Source of the DNA: Eledone cirrhosa
Taxonomy: Eukaryota
DNA: 64,000 nucleotides
Direction of reading: 5' to 3'
Assembly (NCBI GenBank): GCA_964016885.1
Contig: OZ024740.1
Location: forward strand, 206,212,001 to 206,276,000
In this document: piece after piece, positions 52,001-62,877 of the stretch
How positions within the stretch are numbered: position 1 is the first letter of the stretch
How the letters are laid out: each line of letters starts with the position of its first letter
Position numbers and translations under genes: made by a program
Notes under the pieces: generated by a model
What the model was told of the DNA's origin: nothing
The model's database searches: none
What the model saw: only the letters and a program-made list of their open reading frames with translations

Positions 52001-55000
52001 TGGTCAGGTGACCATGTCATGCTCATGCAGAACTGGTTTCTACAGCTGGATGCCCTTCCTAAAGCCAACCACATTTACAGTGTGGGCCGAGCGCTTTTTG
52101 TCATGTCACCATCATAACCACTTTACTGTGTAGGGTGGGTGCTTTTTATCATATCACTTACACGGCCACTTTACAGTGTGGGCTGGACGCTTTTTGTCGT
52201 GTCACCATCACAATCACTTTAATATCAAAGATTTTGTGTGGTTTTGAATGAGTAAAATTGCTCTTCCATGATGTAATTGAAAAGTTTGATCATACAAAAC
52301 TGTTTTTACGTTTAATATTTGTGCTTTTTCATTAGCTAATGTTTTTTACATGCTTCAAATCACTTTAATCTTCTAATATGTTTCTATTTTATTAAGACAT
52401 TTGTGATATTAAATTAGGTGCATAGCCCTATTGTTAAGAAGTTTGGTTTACAAGCCCATAGTTTATGGTTATGTCCCAATACTAGTTATGACCCCCCCCC
52501 CCCATTTTCTCCGGTGAATTCATCATCATCATCATCATCGTTTAACATCCATCTTCCACGCTAGCATGGGTTTGGACGGGTTTTTCCCACTTGAGGCAAG
52601 ATTGGTTGTCTTGCTCGCATAGGACTGACTGTCTGGTAGGTTTTCTATGGCTGGATGCCCTTCCTAACACCAACTACGTTTACAGTGTGGACTGGGAGGT
52701 TTTACCATGTTACCTACACAGCCACATTACAGCATGGACTGTGTGTTTTTTTGTCGTGACACCTACACAACCTCATTTATTTAGGACTGGATGTGGTGGT
52801 ACAAAATTGTTTATTATTATTTGTTTTGTTTTATTGAAGAAAACAAACAATATTGGTTTATATTAATTTATTTCAGGTTTATCCAAAAGAATGTTCGCAA
52901 AAAGATGAAATCTGTGGTATGTTAATTTAGATATTCATACGGTAGTAATACCAGTTTACAATGATATCAGAATATATTTCTTGGATTGCATCTCTCTCTC
53001 CCATATCCCCCTCCCTCCCTCTCTCTCTCTCTCTCTCTCCTCTCTTTCTTTCTACTTTCTTTTTCTTTCTCTCTCGCTCTCTGTCTCTCTCTACTTCCTC
53101 TCTCACTCGCTCTCCTCTCTCTCTTTCTCTCTCTCTTCTTCTCCTTTTCCTTCTCCTCTTCCTCCTCCTCCTCCTCCTCCCTCAGCAATTACGAAGAAAA
53201 AATTCCTGTGTTCTTTGTAACTCTTAATTGTGGGAGATATATTTGTTTTCTAGAGAGCCAAGACTTGAACTTGTATTTGAGCTTCAGTTCCCAAATATCA
53301 GAGATCAAGACGACACAGTCAGAAGCAAGCAAAGTTGCTGTTACAATGAAAGAACAAACGTCAAGTGAAAGTGTTCATTCTGTTTTTAAGGACAGCAGTT
53401 CTGAAGATGGTATGTTTACAAGTGTTTTTCTTTACATTTACCCCAATGTTGTGGATCTGTGTGAACAATTATAGATTTATTTTGTTTCCTCAATGAAAAC
53501 CACTGTCCTTGTTTACATTTATTGGTATATATATATCTGTTTGTCTGTCTGTCCATCTCTCCTGTTCTGTATGTCTGTTTGTCTTCTGCTGGTTCTTTTA
53601 GCAATGAGTAGGTTTCCACAGTAATAACTGATGCATTACTTTGTCTTTGCTTCTCCATCAGTGACTCATGAACCTTAGTCCCTGTTGGTGGATCATAGTT
53701 TTTATTAGTGGTAGGTTGCTATGTAGTTCAGCCTTAGTTTTATGTTCCCTCCATGATATGTTTAGTGCTGCTCATAACAATCTTGTGTAGAAACCATCCA
53801 ATGGGTTTGGGGTGACCTTTGTTTATGTCCATGTTTCAGCATTATACAACAGCACACTTTCTATTGTGGCTCTGAAGATCAAGTTCCATATTGTTACCAT
53901 TCTGTTAGATGACAAATGTACAAAATCCAGATGACAGGTGTACAAAACTTGCCTCAAACGGGACAATCCGTTTAACCCATGCTAGTGTAGAAAAATGGAT
54001 GTTAAAAGAGGATGATGATGATATAGTAAATTGTACAATACATACAAACAATGTTTAAATTATGAACTGATACGACTAAGTAGCCAACTTTAAGACAAAC
54101 ATTATTTATCATCATTATCGTTTAACGTCCATTTTCCACACTAGCATGAGTTAGACATTAGAGACAAGTTGGGTGAAGTGACCGTGTCTCACTCATACAG
54201 GACTATTTCTGGCTGGTTTTCTACGGCTGGATGTCCTTCCTAGCCAACCACATTTACCGTGTGTGCTTGGTGTTTTTTGTCGTGTCTCCTACATGACCAC
54301 TTTACCCTTGCAAGTCCTCTCATAAGGTATGTTTTGTTGCTATAAAGTATTTCATGTTTCATTCATATGTCATTATTTTAACCCTTTAATATTAACATTA
54401 CTCTATATATGCTATTATATTTTCATGATAAAGGCTTTACCTCATAATTATCTCATATAATATCGAATCTATCAGATTTTGATATTATTTATTTTGAGAA
54501 CAATATCTTAACATCAGTATGAGCGGCCAGTTTGGACAGAATTGTGGCAGGATACGGCTGGTTTAAATGCTAAAGGGTTAAATATATTTTAAGAGATTGA
54601 TCTTATATATATGTAAGTTATTAATTGTAGCTATATGTATTTATTTTGTTATTTCTTTGGTTTCAGTTCTTGAGTTTACCCTTAATTTACCAAAAGCATC
54701 ACCAGGAAACAGTCTTCACAATCCATCTTCTTCTAAGACATCACAACACAGAAGTGGTCTGAGAAAAACTTCCATTTCTCAAACTTCACAGAAAGACAGT
54801 AGCCATGCTCATTCATCTATTTCTCAGACTTCACAGAAAAAGACTAGTGTTGGTCCCCCATCTGTTTCTCAGACCTCACAGAAAGACAGGAGCCATGCTC
54901 ATTTATCTATTTCTCAGACTTCACAGAAAGGGACTAGCTTTGGTTACCCATCTGTTTCCCAGACCATACAAAAGGAAAGTAGTCTTGGTATTCCTTCTGG

Positions 55001-58000
55001 TGATAAACAGAAGAAAAGTTACCATGATTCTATGTTACAGTTGTAAGTAAATCAAAAGTATATTTGTAGCTGTCTGTCTTAAAGTTAATGTTTCATTTAC
55101 AGAATTAAAACCAATTAAGATTGCAAGAGAAGGTACGGTTGACTGGCTGAGGTGTTGGCCAGGCCTGTAGTAATGTTTTGTCATTACATATTGTTCGTGC
55201 TTGCGGAGCAAAAGAAGAATTGGTGTTTACCTTAGCAAGGTCAAGCTGCAAGAGAGAGAGAGAGGCGCCAGAACACTCCCTTATATTCGGGCTACGGGAA
55301 AGTAACTCCAATTAGTTTTGTTCCCCGGACAAAGGTGGCGGTAGTCACTACAAATGTATATGGAATGAGAATGGGATGGAAAAAGTTCAGGGAGATACTG
55401 CCATTGCACTACAAGAGGCTTTTCCCCTAGTTTTGATATGGTTTCTACAACTGGTTGCCCATTCTAACACCAAAAACTTTACAGAGTCTACTGGGTACAT
55501 CTTTTCATGGCACCAACACTAGAGAGGTTGTTATGACTTTGATGCAACTGAGGAGTCCTCTCAAGCTACAGAGTCTACTGGGTATATTTTATTGTGACAC
55601 CAAAACTAGAGAAGTTGTCATGCCTGTAATACTAATTAATCTTTATTATATTTTCTTAATCAACAAATTCATCCTATGAATTAAATTTATTTTACTAACC
55701 TCAATGAATAATATATACAAGGGTCAACTGAAAAGTTTGTAGGTTGACCAAGATACTCTCATGGAATGTGAACAAAGGAGGTTTATTTTTCAACATAGTC
55801 CCCTTTATGGTTCACATACTTCTTCCATTGGTATTGCAGTGCTTGGATCTCATTAGTGAAGAAGCTTTCATCCTGTTGGTAAAAAAAGTCATCAACAACA
55901 TGACGTCATCACCACTGTGATACTGGTTCCCAGCCAAGTGTTTTTTCATGATGGGGAACAGATGATATTTAAATGGGGCCAAATCAGGAGAATAGGGAGG
56001 GCTATCAACCAGTTCACAGTCACGCACAGCACCCATTGAAACCAAGGATGTGATTGTCCTTAAACAAGACCCTTTCATAAGTTTTCCTGGGCGTTTGGTC
56101 TTGATAGCCTTTTGTAACTGCCTCAGCAAGTTGGCATAGCACTCTGCATTGATGGTGTGGCCCTTTTGAAGATAGTCAATAAACACAATGCCTTTTGCAT
56201 CCCCAAAAAACTGAGATCATCACCTACCCTGCAGATGAAATGACCATGACCTTCTTTGGAGCAGGTGAGGAGGGGTGTTTCCACTGCATGGATTGTCTCT
56301 TTGTCTCTGGCTCAAAGTGATGAACCCAACACTCATCCCGGGTTACGAAACGTTCAAGGAAACCAGCTAGATCTGCTTCAAACAATATCAGATTTTCCCA
56401 TGATGTGATCAGCCTGGTGCACTTTTGATCAGGTTTCGGAAGACGTGGCAACCACCAAGCAGAAACCTTTATCATGCCAAGTTCATTGTGCAGAATATTC
56501 TCAACTTTCTCATGGAATTTGCTAATAGCATTGGCTATTTGATTTATAGTCAATCACCTGTCATCCATCACCATGTGGTGAACACGATTAATGTTTTTCT
56601 CAGTGGTGTCAGTTACAGGACGTCCAGATATTGGGTCATCTTCAAGACTCTCCCTTCCCCTCCTAAATTCAGCTGCCCATTTTTGCACTGTTGATAAAGC
56701 TGAAGCGATAGCAGCCATGTCAGCATGAATGTCCTTGGGGGTTAAACTCCTTTTCTGCAGGTACTTGATAACACCACAATGCCAAATTTTGTCCATTTTC
56801 AAGAGAAGTCACTACTAGTTACTTTTGAAGTCTTCTTTGAACAGTCAGATGTCAGTTTATCTGGAAAGAAACAATGCAATTATTAATAAGAGTTGAAATG
56901 AATGCATGCAAGATTTCACAGCTCTAGCACCACTCCTTCATAGTCAGCCTATGAACTTTTCAGCCCACCCTCATGTATTATTCCACTATATCTTTTGCTT
57001 GTTATTTTCCTCTTTATTGCTTTTTACTCCCAATTTTTCAATATATACTTCAGATATTTACAGGAATATTCTTGTGAATACTCACAAGATTCTGTAAACA
57101 TTCTTCTGACATTTGTCTGACTACAAAACTGGACAACATAGAGGATCAACACTGTATCTGCTTAATGACCTTATAGTCATTGTGAATCTTTCCCAGTTGA
57201 ATGACATATGTAACTTTGCATTTAAACCAGTTATATCCAGCCAGAATTCTCTCACCCCCTTCTGTTCAAACCTGCTGTAACTGACCGCTCATACTTATGT
57301 TAAGTTATTGTTCCCAAAGTAAATAACAACAAAATCTCATAGATTCGATATTATGTGAGATAATTATGTGAAGTAAAGCCTTTACCATGAAAATACAATA
57401 GTATATATAGAGTAATGTAAATGTTAAAGGGTTAAAGGATTTCTCATATGGATTCAAAATGCTCTAAAAGAATAGGTGACAACCCTCTAACAAATTGACG
57501 GAGTCATTAGAGTGTGAGACAAAATACCTTGCAGTATTTGTTCCATTTCTCTGCACTCTGAATTAATTTAAATCCCGTCACGGTCAGCTTTGCCTTTCTT
57601 TCTCTTGTAGTTGGTGAAATAAAATACCAGTCCAGGCTGGTGGATTGGCAGAATTGTTAGAGCATTGGACGAGAGGCTTTGTTGTATTTGATCTTGTTCA
57701 TTGCATTCTGGGTTCAAATTTCACTATGGCCTACTTGAGTTTTAACTTACTCTTTGACTTACAAGTTCTCTGTTTTTGTAGAGCATATTTGGTATTTTTT
57801 AACAGTCTTGCTCTTCGTAAAAATTATAATTTAATTTGATATTGTTACAAGACTTGAAGCTAGGGAATTAAACCTACTTTGGTAGTAGTACTTATTCAGT
57901 TTTATTATTTCTTATTTTGTGGAATGGCAGTATCGGTAGAGGGTCGGACGCCATGCTTTCCAGCATAGTTACGTCCCTTTACGATCTGAGTTCAAATCCC

Positions 58001-58185
58001 GCCGAGGTTGACTTTGCCTTTCATCCTTACGGGGTCGATAAAATAAAGTACCAGTAATGCACTGGGTAATTGCTGGCCTTGTGCCTAAAGTAGAAACAAT
58101 TATTTCTTATTTTGACAGGTCAAACAGTGAAACGTCTCAGCCAACATCATCATCCCTCAATGCAACTAATCTACATAAAACCCAG
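23527..58185 (+). CDS. TP53BP1: TP53-binding protein 1-like gene, N-terminal SQ/TQ-rich region (continues beyond window)
   Basis: 14 phase-compatible GT-AG exons: 23527-23667, 26289-26367, 28180-28261, 29671-29768, 30979-31084, 33216-33307, 34856-34955, 36021-36100, 50646-50698, 51541-51642, 52877-52916, 53254-53409, 54667-55042, 58119-58185 (524 codons, no stop). Motifs [20 protein letters not shown] and [13 protein letters not shown]...[17 protein letters not shown] resemble recalled vertebrate 53BP1 (LIIEDSQ, LSRHLPNL..KENPVL, STPATTLHLLQLS...PSPDAFRSTPFIVPSSPT). Tudor/BRCT domains not in window. Confidence 0.65.
26041..26245. mobile_element. piggyBac-type MITE
   Basis: TTAA-ccctttaac...gctaaaggg-TTAA. 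Confidence 0.8.
27910..28120. repeat. Degenerate minisatellite (ctattctaaaactaagata core)
   Basis: Core repeated about 6 times with variable spacing. Confidence 0.75.
28390..28800 (+). mobile_element. RTE-clade LINE fragment (post-RT region)
   Basis: MKISAAKTE...KQVEMFKYL...YGCESWVMT. Confidence 0.7.
30434..30699. mobile_element. hAT-type MITE
   Basis: cagggttggatt / atctggcccta termini; 8-bp TSD tttccact/cttccact. Confidence 0.6.
31220..31641 (-). mobile_element. Truncated mariner (5' end), same family as 55718-56972
   Basis: Colinear with about 56565-56972 including the TIR. Confidence 0.8.
31890..32220 (+). mobile_element. tRNA-derived SINE family B with RTE-derived 3' tail
   Basis: A box tggcttagtgg, B box gagttcaattc, tail cccacccttgcaagcagggaaaagcggacgtaaaatgatg shared with the RTE at 59940. 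Confidence 0.85.
32310..33160. repeat. 55-bp minisatellite (about 9 units) interrupted by a SINE
   Basis: Unit gtgactgtgtttgtcacagttatactgtatgataatataatcatatagagtagta. Confidence 0.9.
32497..32820 (-). mobile_element. SINE family B, inverted copy
   Basis: Reverse complement of about 31900-32220 with few differences. Confidence 0.85.
34250..34360. repeat. (CAC/CAT)n microsatellite
   Basis: Direct observation. Confidence 0.9.
35702..35927. mobile_element. piggyBac-type MITE
   Basis: TTAA-ccctttagc...gctaaaggg-TTAA. Confidence 0.85.
36967..37798 (-). mobile_element. Internally deleted Tc1/mariner (maT/DD37D-like) element
   Basis: TIRs cagggtggagacgatatttgttc / gaacaaatatcgtccgcaccctg, TA flanks; WQQDSAP and [17 protein letters not shown] motifs. 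Confidence 0.85.
37808..38100 (-). mobile_element. (ATG)n-tailed SINE-like repeat; copies at 41400-41625 (+) and 52520-52800 (-)
   Basis: catcatcatcgtttaacgtccatcttccacgc...ggatgcccttcctaacaccaac shared among copies. Confidence 0.8.
38206..41198 (-). mobile_element. Near full-length, disrupted RTE LINE (APE endonuclease, RT, PHD-like finger)
   Basis: [31 protein letters not shown] (APE); [19 protein letters not shown] (RT); several frameshifts/stops. Confidence 0.92.
42184..42350 (+). mobile_element. Helitron-type 5' end (similar one at 36555-36660)
   Basis: TC...tatatataaaa, then (gtct)n/(gt)n and ccgattctgatg motif. Confidence 0.5.
43416..44713 (-). mobile_element. Full-length mariner (DD34D) with frameshifted transposase
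   Basis: About 28-bp TIRs cgaggggggatcaaaaagttcgcggaattt, TA TSD; [31 protein letters not shown]. Confidence 0.93.
44995..45310. repeat. Minisatellite (gataaagttgtgcagacagacagtcgtgcagagaggtgatataggc variants)
   Basis: About 6 imperfect units. Confidence 0.8.
45577..45648 (+). mobile_element. Helitron 3' end (duplicate at 44927-44997; another near 50105-50131)
   Basis: GC hairpin cccgagcaatgccggg followed 8 nt later by CTAG|T. Confidence 0.65.
45649..45900. repeat. (TA)n/(TATG)n microsatellite
   Basis: Direct observation. Confidence 0.95.
45915..48995 (+). mobile_element. Penelope-like element: RT, GIY-YIG endonuclease and 3' terminal repeat; 5'-truncated with inverted terminal piece
   Basis: [31 protein letters not shown] (46055-47023); CNCR..CPL.GNC, YIGAT, FKVRF..HK, CRLC (47499-47960); 45916-45942 is the inverted copy of 48814-48840; TA flanks. 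Confidence 0.88.
48654..48792 (+). ncRNA. Hammerhead ribozyme motif in the Penelope terminal repeat
   Basis: Stem I tcatcattt/aaatgatga, CTGAGGA at 48663, long stem II (atgtatatgtg/cacatatacat), GAAA at 48772, palindromic stem III CGATCG, cleavage triplet GTA. Confidence 0.75.
49048..49192. mobile_element. 145-bp MITE with perfect 37-bp TIRs (Ginger-like TGT ends)
   Basis: tgttatactttgggagggtcatgttgccaataagaaa and its exact reverse complement; ATAT on both sides. Confidence 0.7.
52990..53182. repeat. CT-rich low-complexity tract
   Basis: Direct observation. Confidence 0.9.
54378..54581. mobile_element. piggyBac-type MITE
   Basis: TTAA-cccttta...ctaaaggg-TTAA. Confidence 0.8.
55718..56972 (-). 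mobile_element. Full-length degenerate mariner
   Basis: TIRs agggtcaactgaaaagtttgtaggttgac / gtcagcctatgaacttttcagcccaccct; [23 protein letters not shown]. Confidence 0.9.
57211..57435. mobile_element. piggyBac-type MITE (left end decayed)
   Basis: Colinear with 35702-35927. Confidence 0.75.
57920..58098 (+). mobile_element. SINE family A with 16-bp TSD
   Basis: TSD attatttcttattttg at 57904 and 58099. Confidence 0.85.
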
Positions 58186-59939
58186 GTATGATTTTTTTAA
58201 TATAAATAATTGCTTGATTGTGACTAGATTTGGTTGTTGGGACTTAACTGTCATATGTATTCTTGGATATGGTTATATGAAGACAGTCATTTTTATATTT
58301 AACTATATATCATCGGCATCATCATTGGCCTTTTATGTCTTTTATTTCAAACAACTTGGATTGTATTGTCTGTCACACTACAAATCAGTTCTTATTCAGA
58401 GTTATTGTCTTTGATGGGCTGGAGACCATTTTGGTATAGTCTCCACAGCTGGGATGCTCTTTCTAACTCTAATCATGTTACATGGTGTATTGAGTGTATG
58501 TATTGTGACACCAGCACGAGAGAAGTTGTCATGTCCTTGACATGACTGAAGAATCCTTACTACACTATGTTGTCACTGTTTAATTGCTGCTGCCTGCTTT
58601 GCAGAAAGTACTGGGTAGATTTTATTGTAGCACCCAAAATGAAAGAGTCCTCTGAACTCCATATAGTCTTCAGTTTTTCATCAATTTTTATCATACTTGG
58701 GACAATTTACTTGTTGGACACCCTTTCATCCTAACTATTTAACTAGGATGTAAGATTGAAGCTTCTTTTTTTTTGTTCAGTCAGCGAAACTGAAGTATTA
58801 GGGACAAAAGACTGTTAGAATTAAAATCTGAACTTATGACTATGTGGTTAATCTTTGTGGAACCCATGCATGGTTGCAGGGTTAAGAAGTTCACTTTACA
58901 AACACATGGTTCTGGATTAGATCCTACTGTGTGATTCCTTTTGCTGATGTTTATCACTGAAAGATGTAAACATTGAGGAGAAAATTAATAAACTGATGCG
59001 TGTCACAAAATCTCATATGAAATTTGTTCCACCCTTTTTGCACAGACATTCTCTTGTTATATTCACCATTGTAGGTGCAGTGATCCAGTAATTGGCTCAT
59101 TAGCAGCCTGTTTAACTACAATATGCAATATAAAATGGTTCCTAATTTAAGCATAAGGCCAACAATTTGTGGGGAGGAGAAAGTCAATTATATCAACCTC
59201 ACCACGTTACTGGTACTTTGTTTTATAGACCAGAAAAGGCAAAGTTGAATTTAGTTGGATTTGAACTCAGAACATAAAGAGCTGGAACAAATATTGTGAG
59301 GCTTTGTCAAACTCTAAAGAGTCTGGCAATGCACTACAATCATAATATAATTGTTTCTACTTTAGGCACAAGGACAGCAATTACCCAGTGCATTACTGGT
59401 ACTTTATTTTATCGACCCCGTAAGGATGAAAGGCAAAGTCAACCTCGGCGGGATTTGAACTCAGATCGTAAAGGGACGTAACTATGCTGGAAAGCATGGC
59501 GTCCGACACTCTACCGATACTGCCAATCCACCGATAATAAAGGGAGGAGTGTGGGACTGTGTCCTGAAAATATTTTTTTATCCCATTAGTAAAATAAGTT
59601 GGATTACTTAGAATAAATAATGAATATTACATAATTTATGTATTAAATTCCGTAACATATGATTAAACATAAATAATTTTATTGCTTATTTCAAGATTCA
59701 CTTCTTTTAAAAGTTTCAAATTTCAACACTTCCTGTATATCGCCACCATCACCACAACCACTTCAACTACCATATATATATAGACAAAGCAAGAAAGAAA
59801 GAGAGAGAGTGTGAAGAGAGAAATACAGATAGATAGAGTGACTATGTGACAGATATATATAGAGAGAGAGAAAGAGAAAGATGACGAGATAAGGATGTTT
59901 TTCAAGACGCTGACGTGTATGTGTGTGCGTATGTGCATA

Positions 59940-61669
59940 TACATCATCATCATCATCAACATCATTTTACGTCCGCTTTTCCCTGCTTGCAAGGGTGGGA
60001 CGGGTCTTATTCAGCACAGCATCTCTCCACTCGTCACGGTCCCTCGTCATCTCCACCGTGAGCTTCAATGATCTGAGGTCTGTTCTCACCACCTCCGCCC
60101 ATGTTTTTCGTGGTCTACCTCTACCACGTCTTCCCTCAACTGGCAATTCCTGGCACTTCTTCACCCATCGGTCATCCTCCATGCGCATCACATGTCCATA
60201 CCACCTCAGTCTCCTCTCCCGTACACTACATTCTATCCCTCTCAGACACAGTTTCTCTCTCAACACATTTATGCTGGGTCGTTCACGCACATTTACACTG
60301 CACATCCAACGGAGCATGCTTGCCTCATTTCTCTCCACCCGTCGCATATCCTCTGCAGTTGCTGCCCATGTCTCACTACCATGCAGCATCGCGCTCCTCA
60401 CACAGGCATCATACAACCGGCCTTTCGTACGCAGTGAGAAACCCTTCTTCGTCAACAGAGGAAGCAGCTCCCTAAACTTCTTCCAACCCGTCCTTATTCT
60501 AGATACTATGGCCTCGGAACACCCTCCTCCCATGCTAATCTGATCTCCTAGGTACCGGAAGCTATCCACCACTTCTATAGCGCCCTCTTGCATTTGAAAA
60601 ATGTGTCTATCAGTGCGACTTCTACTGTCTAATTTCCCTGTACATCTACTGCATACATATTTCTCCCTACCTGTTAGTTTGCCTGCTATCCCGCTACATC
60701 TCTTGTGTACCCAGGATCTGCATTGTGTGCATTTTATAGAATTTATGCCAGTTCCTTTTCTGCATATCGAACATGGCCATTTCCCTGACGGAATCAGGGT
60801 TTTGTCCTCTTTTCTACTCATCAACACTTTTGTCTTAGCTAGATTCACTCTCAGTCCTCTTGCTTCCAACTGCTGTTTCCATAGCCAGAATTTATTCTCT
60901 AGCTCCTCTACTGATTCTGCTATAAGAACCAGATCGTCAGCATAGAGAAGTTCCCATGGACACCCAGTCTTAAACTCCTCTGTTATGGCTTGGAGGACTA
61001 TAATGAACAAGAGCGGGCTGAGGACCGAACCCTGATGTACTCCTACTTGTATCTGGAATTCCTCACTAAACTCCATTCCTACCCTGACTTTACTGAGAGT
61101 ACCTCTGTACAAAGTTTACACTGTCCTCACAAGCCATTCCTCAACACCTAGCTTCCTTAGGGACCACCAGATGACAGATCGAGGTACCCTATCAAAGGCC
61201 TTCTCTAGGTCAACAAAGGCTAAGCATAGTGGCTTATTCTTCTCTAAGAACCTCTCTTGCAATTGTCTCACCAAGAAGAGGAGGGCATCTGTTGTACTCT
61301 TCCCAGGCACAAAACCAAACTGCATCTCATCTAGTTTGACCCTTTCTCTAATTAGTTGTGATAAATCCTTTCTGCCACTTTCATAACCTGATCTATCAGT
61401 TTTATACCCCTATAATTGCTCCTCTCCAGAGCATCCCCTTTACCTTTGTAGCAATTTATGAGAATACTGCTGCACCAGTCTTTGGGTATGACACCACCAT
61501 ATATAGCCTGATTGATGATGCGTGCAACCAGTTTAGTGCCTACGTCCCCTGATGCCTTCAGCATCTCAGCAACTATTCCCGATGGTCCGGCAGCCTTACC
61601 ATTTTTCATTTCCCTAATCGCCTCTTGGACCCTATATTCGTCAATCTCAATAGCTGGTCCCTCTGTCAT
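59940..61669 (-). mobile_element. 5'-truncated RTE LINE with (ATG)n tail
   Basis: [38 protein letters not shown]-like CxxC cluster; two frameshifts. Confidence 0.93.
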
Positions 61670-62294
61670 TTATATGTATGAGTATATAACTAATTGTGCA
61701 AACATAGACACACTTACAAAAATATACACTCACATACATTCACACCAACACACACATACACACACAGCATGATAGCGTTCAATAAATGGGAGGGTAAAAT
61801 GAAGTATATCTTTTTATTTACAACAAAGTTTAACTCACTTGTTGTTACAGGTTTAACTCACAGTTGTATAAAAAATATAATAATTGTTTCTACTTTTGGC
61901 ACAAGGTCAGCAATTACCCAGTGCATTACTGGTACTTTATTTTATCGACCCCATAAGGATGAAAGGCAAAGTCAACCTCGGCGGGATTTGAACTCAGATC
62001 ATACAGGGAGGTAACTCTATGCTTCAAAGCATGGCGTTTGACCCTCTACCGATACTGCCAATCCACCGCCTTTATAAAAAATATAATAATATTATGCTTA
62101 CAGAACGAAAACACAAACAAATATAATATATACAAAAGAAAAGAAGAAAAAGAAAAAAACACACAAGCAGGTAATACACACATTTAGGACCACATACAGC
62201 AAAAGACAGGCGAAAGGGGTGGACAAACAAACAGCTACCAGAGCAAAAGATAACAATATAGCGAGGAGCACTGGGAAACCTCTCTAATAAATTT

Positions 62295-62720
62295 TGAGGC
62301 AAGCCAGTACACTCGCAGCATTACCTTGGGTGATGGGAGGTGAGGTCCTGGAACAAGGAAGCACCCTCACGAGCTTCACCAGTTACCTCGGTTTGGCGAG
62401 CCACCAGTGAAGATAAGAACCTCGCTGTCGGTAGCCCGACTCCCCCAAACGTCTCAAACGCCACAGGCTGGATAATGTAGTTAGCTGACAGAACACGGTA
62501 TTTTAGGATTTTGTTCCGTTAAGCTGCGGATGCTGTAGCTCTCGCCCTTACCGCTGCATCCAGGATGTGGGAAGAAGCAAAAGAGTCACTAACTGTGACG
62601 TCCCAGATAAGGCACCTGCTTCTTGACCAGGGGCACAGGGTAAGACCATCAGGTCCATCAATTCTAGACAACCCAGATGGTTCTAAAATTGACGGGATGT
62701 TTGCCTGGGCTAAAGCTCAT
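62295..62720 (-). mobile_element. Fragment of a CRE-clade (restriction-like endonuclease) non-LTR element
   Basis: Translates to PDGLTLCPW...LIWDVTV...KILKY...QPVAFETFG...QGNAAS. Confidence 0.65.
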
Positions 62721-62877
62721 AAGTGGTAATAGGACAGTGTGTGTATGTATGCACACGTCAGTTTGTCGGCGTTCTTGAATTAGAGACGTCTGTGTGTTAC
62801 CGTTTTTAAGTTAGAGACATATATGTGTGTATCCTCTTCCTTCCTTTTACACACACATACATTCACACAAACACACA

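Noticed and set aside
52961-53227. S/L-rich and E/R-rich ORFs
   Set aside because: Derived from a CT microsatellite; only 53254-53409 is exon-like
57054-57093. Possible extra exon ([13 protein letters not shown])
   Set aside because: Ends in phase 0, which gives a stop in the next exon; 55042 joins 58119 cleanly without it, and the donor is weak
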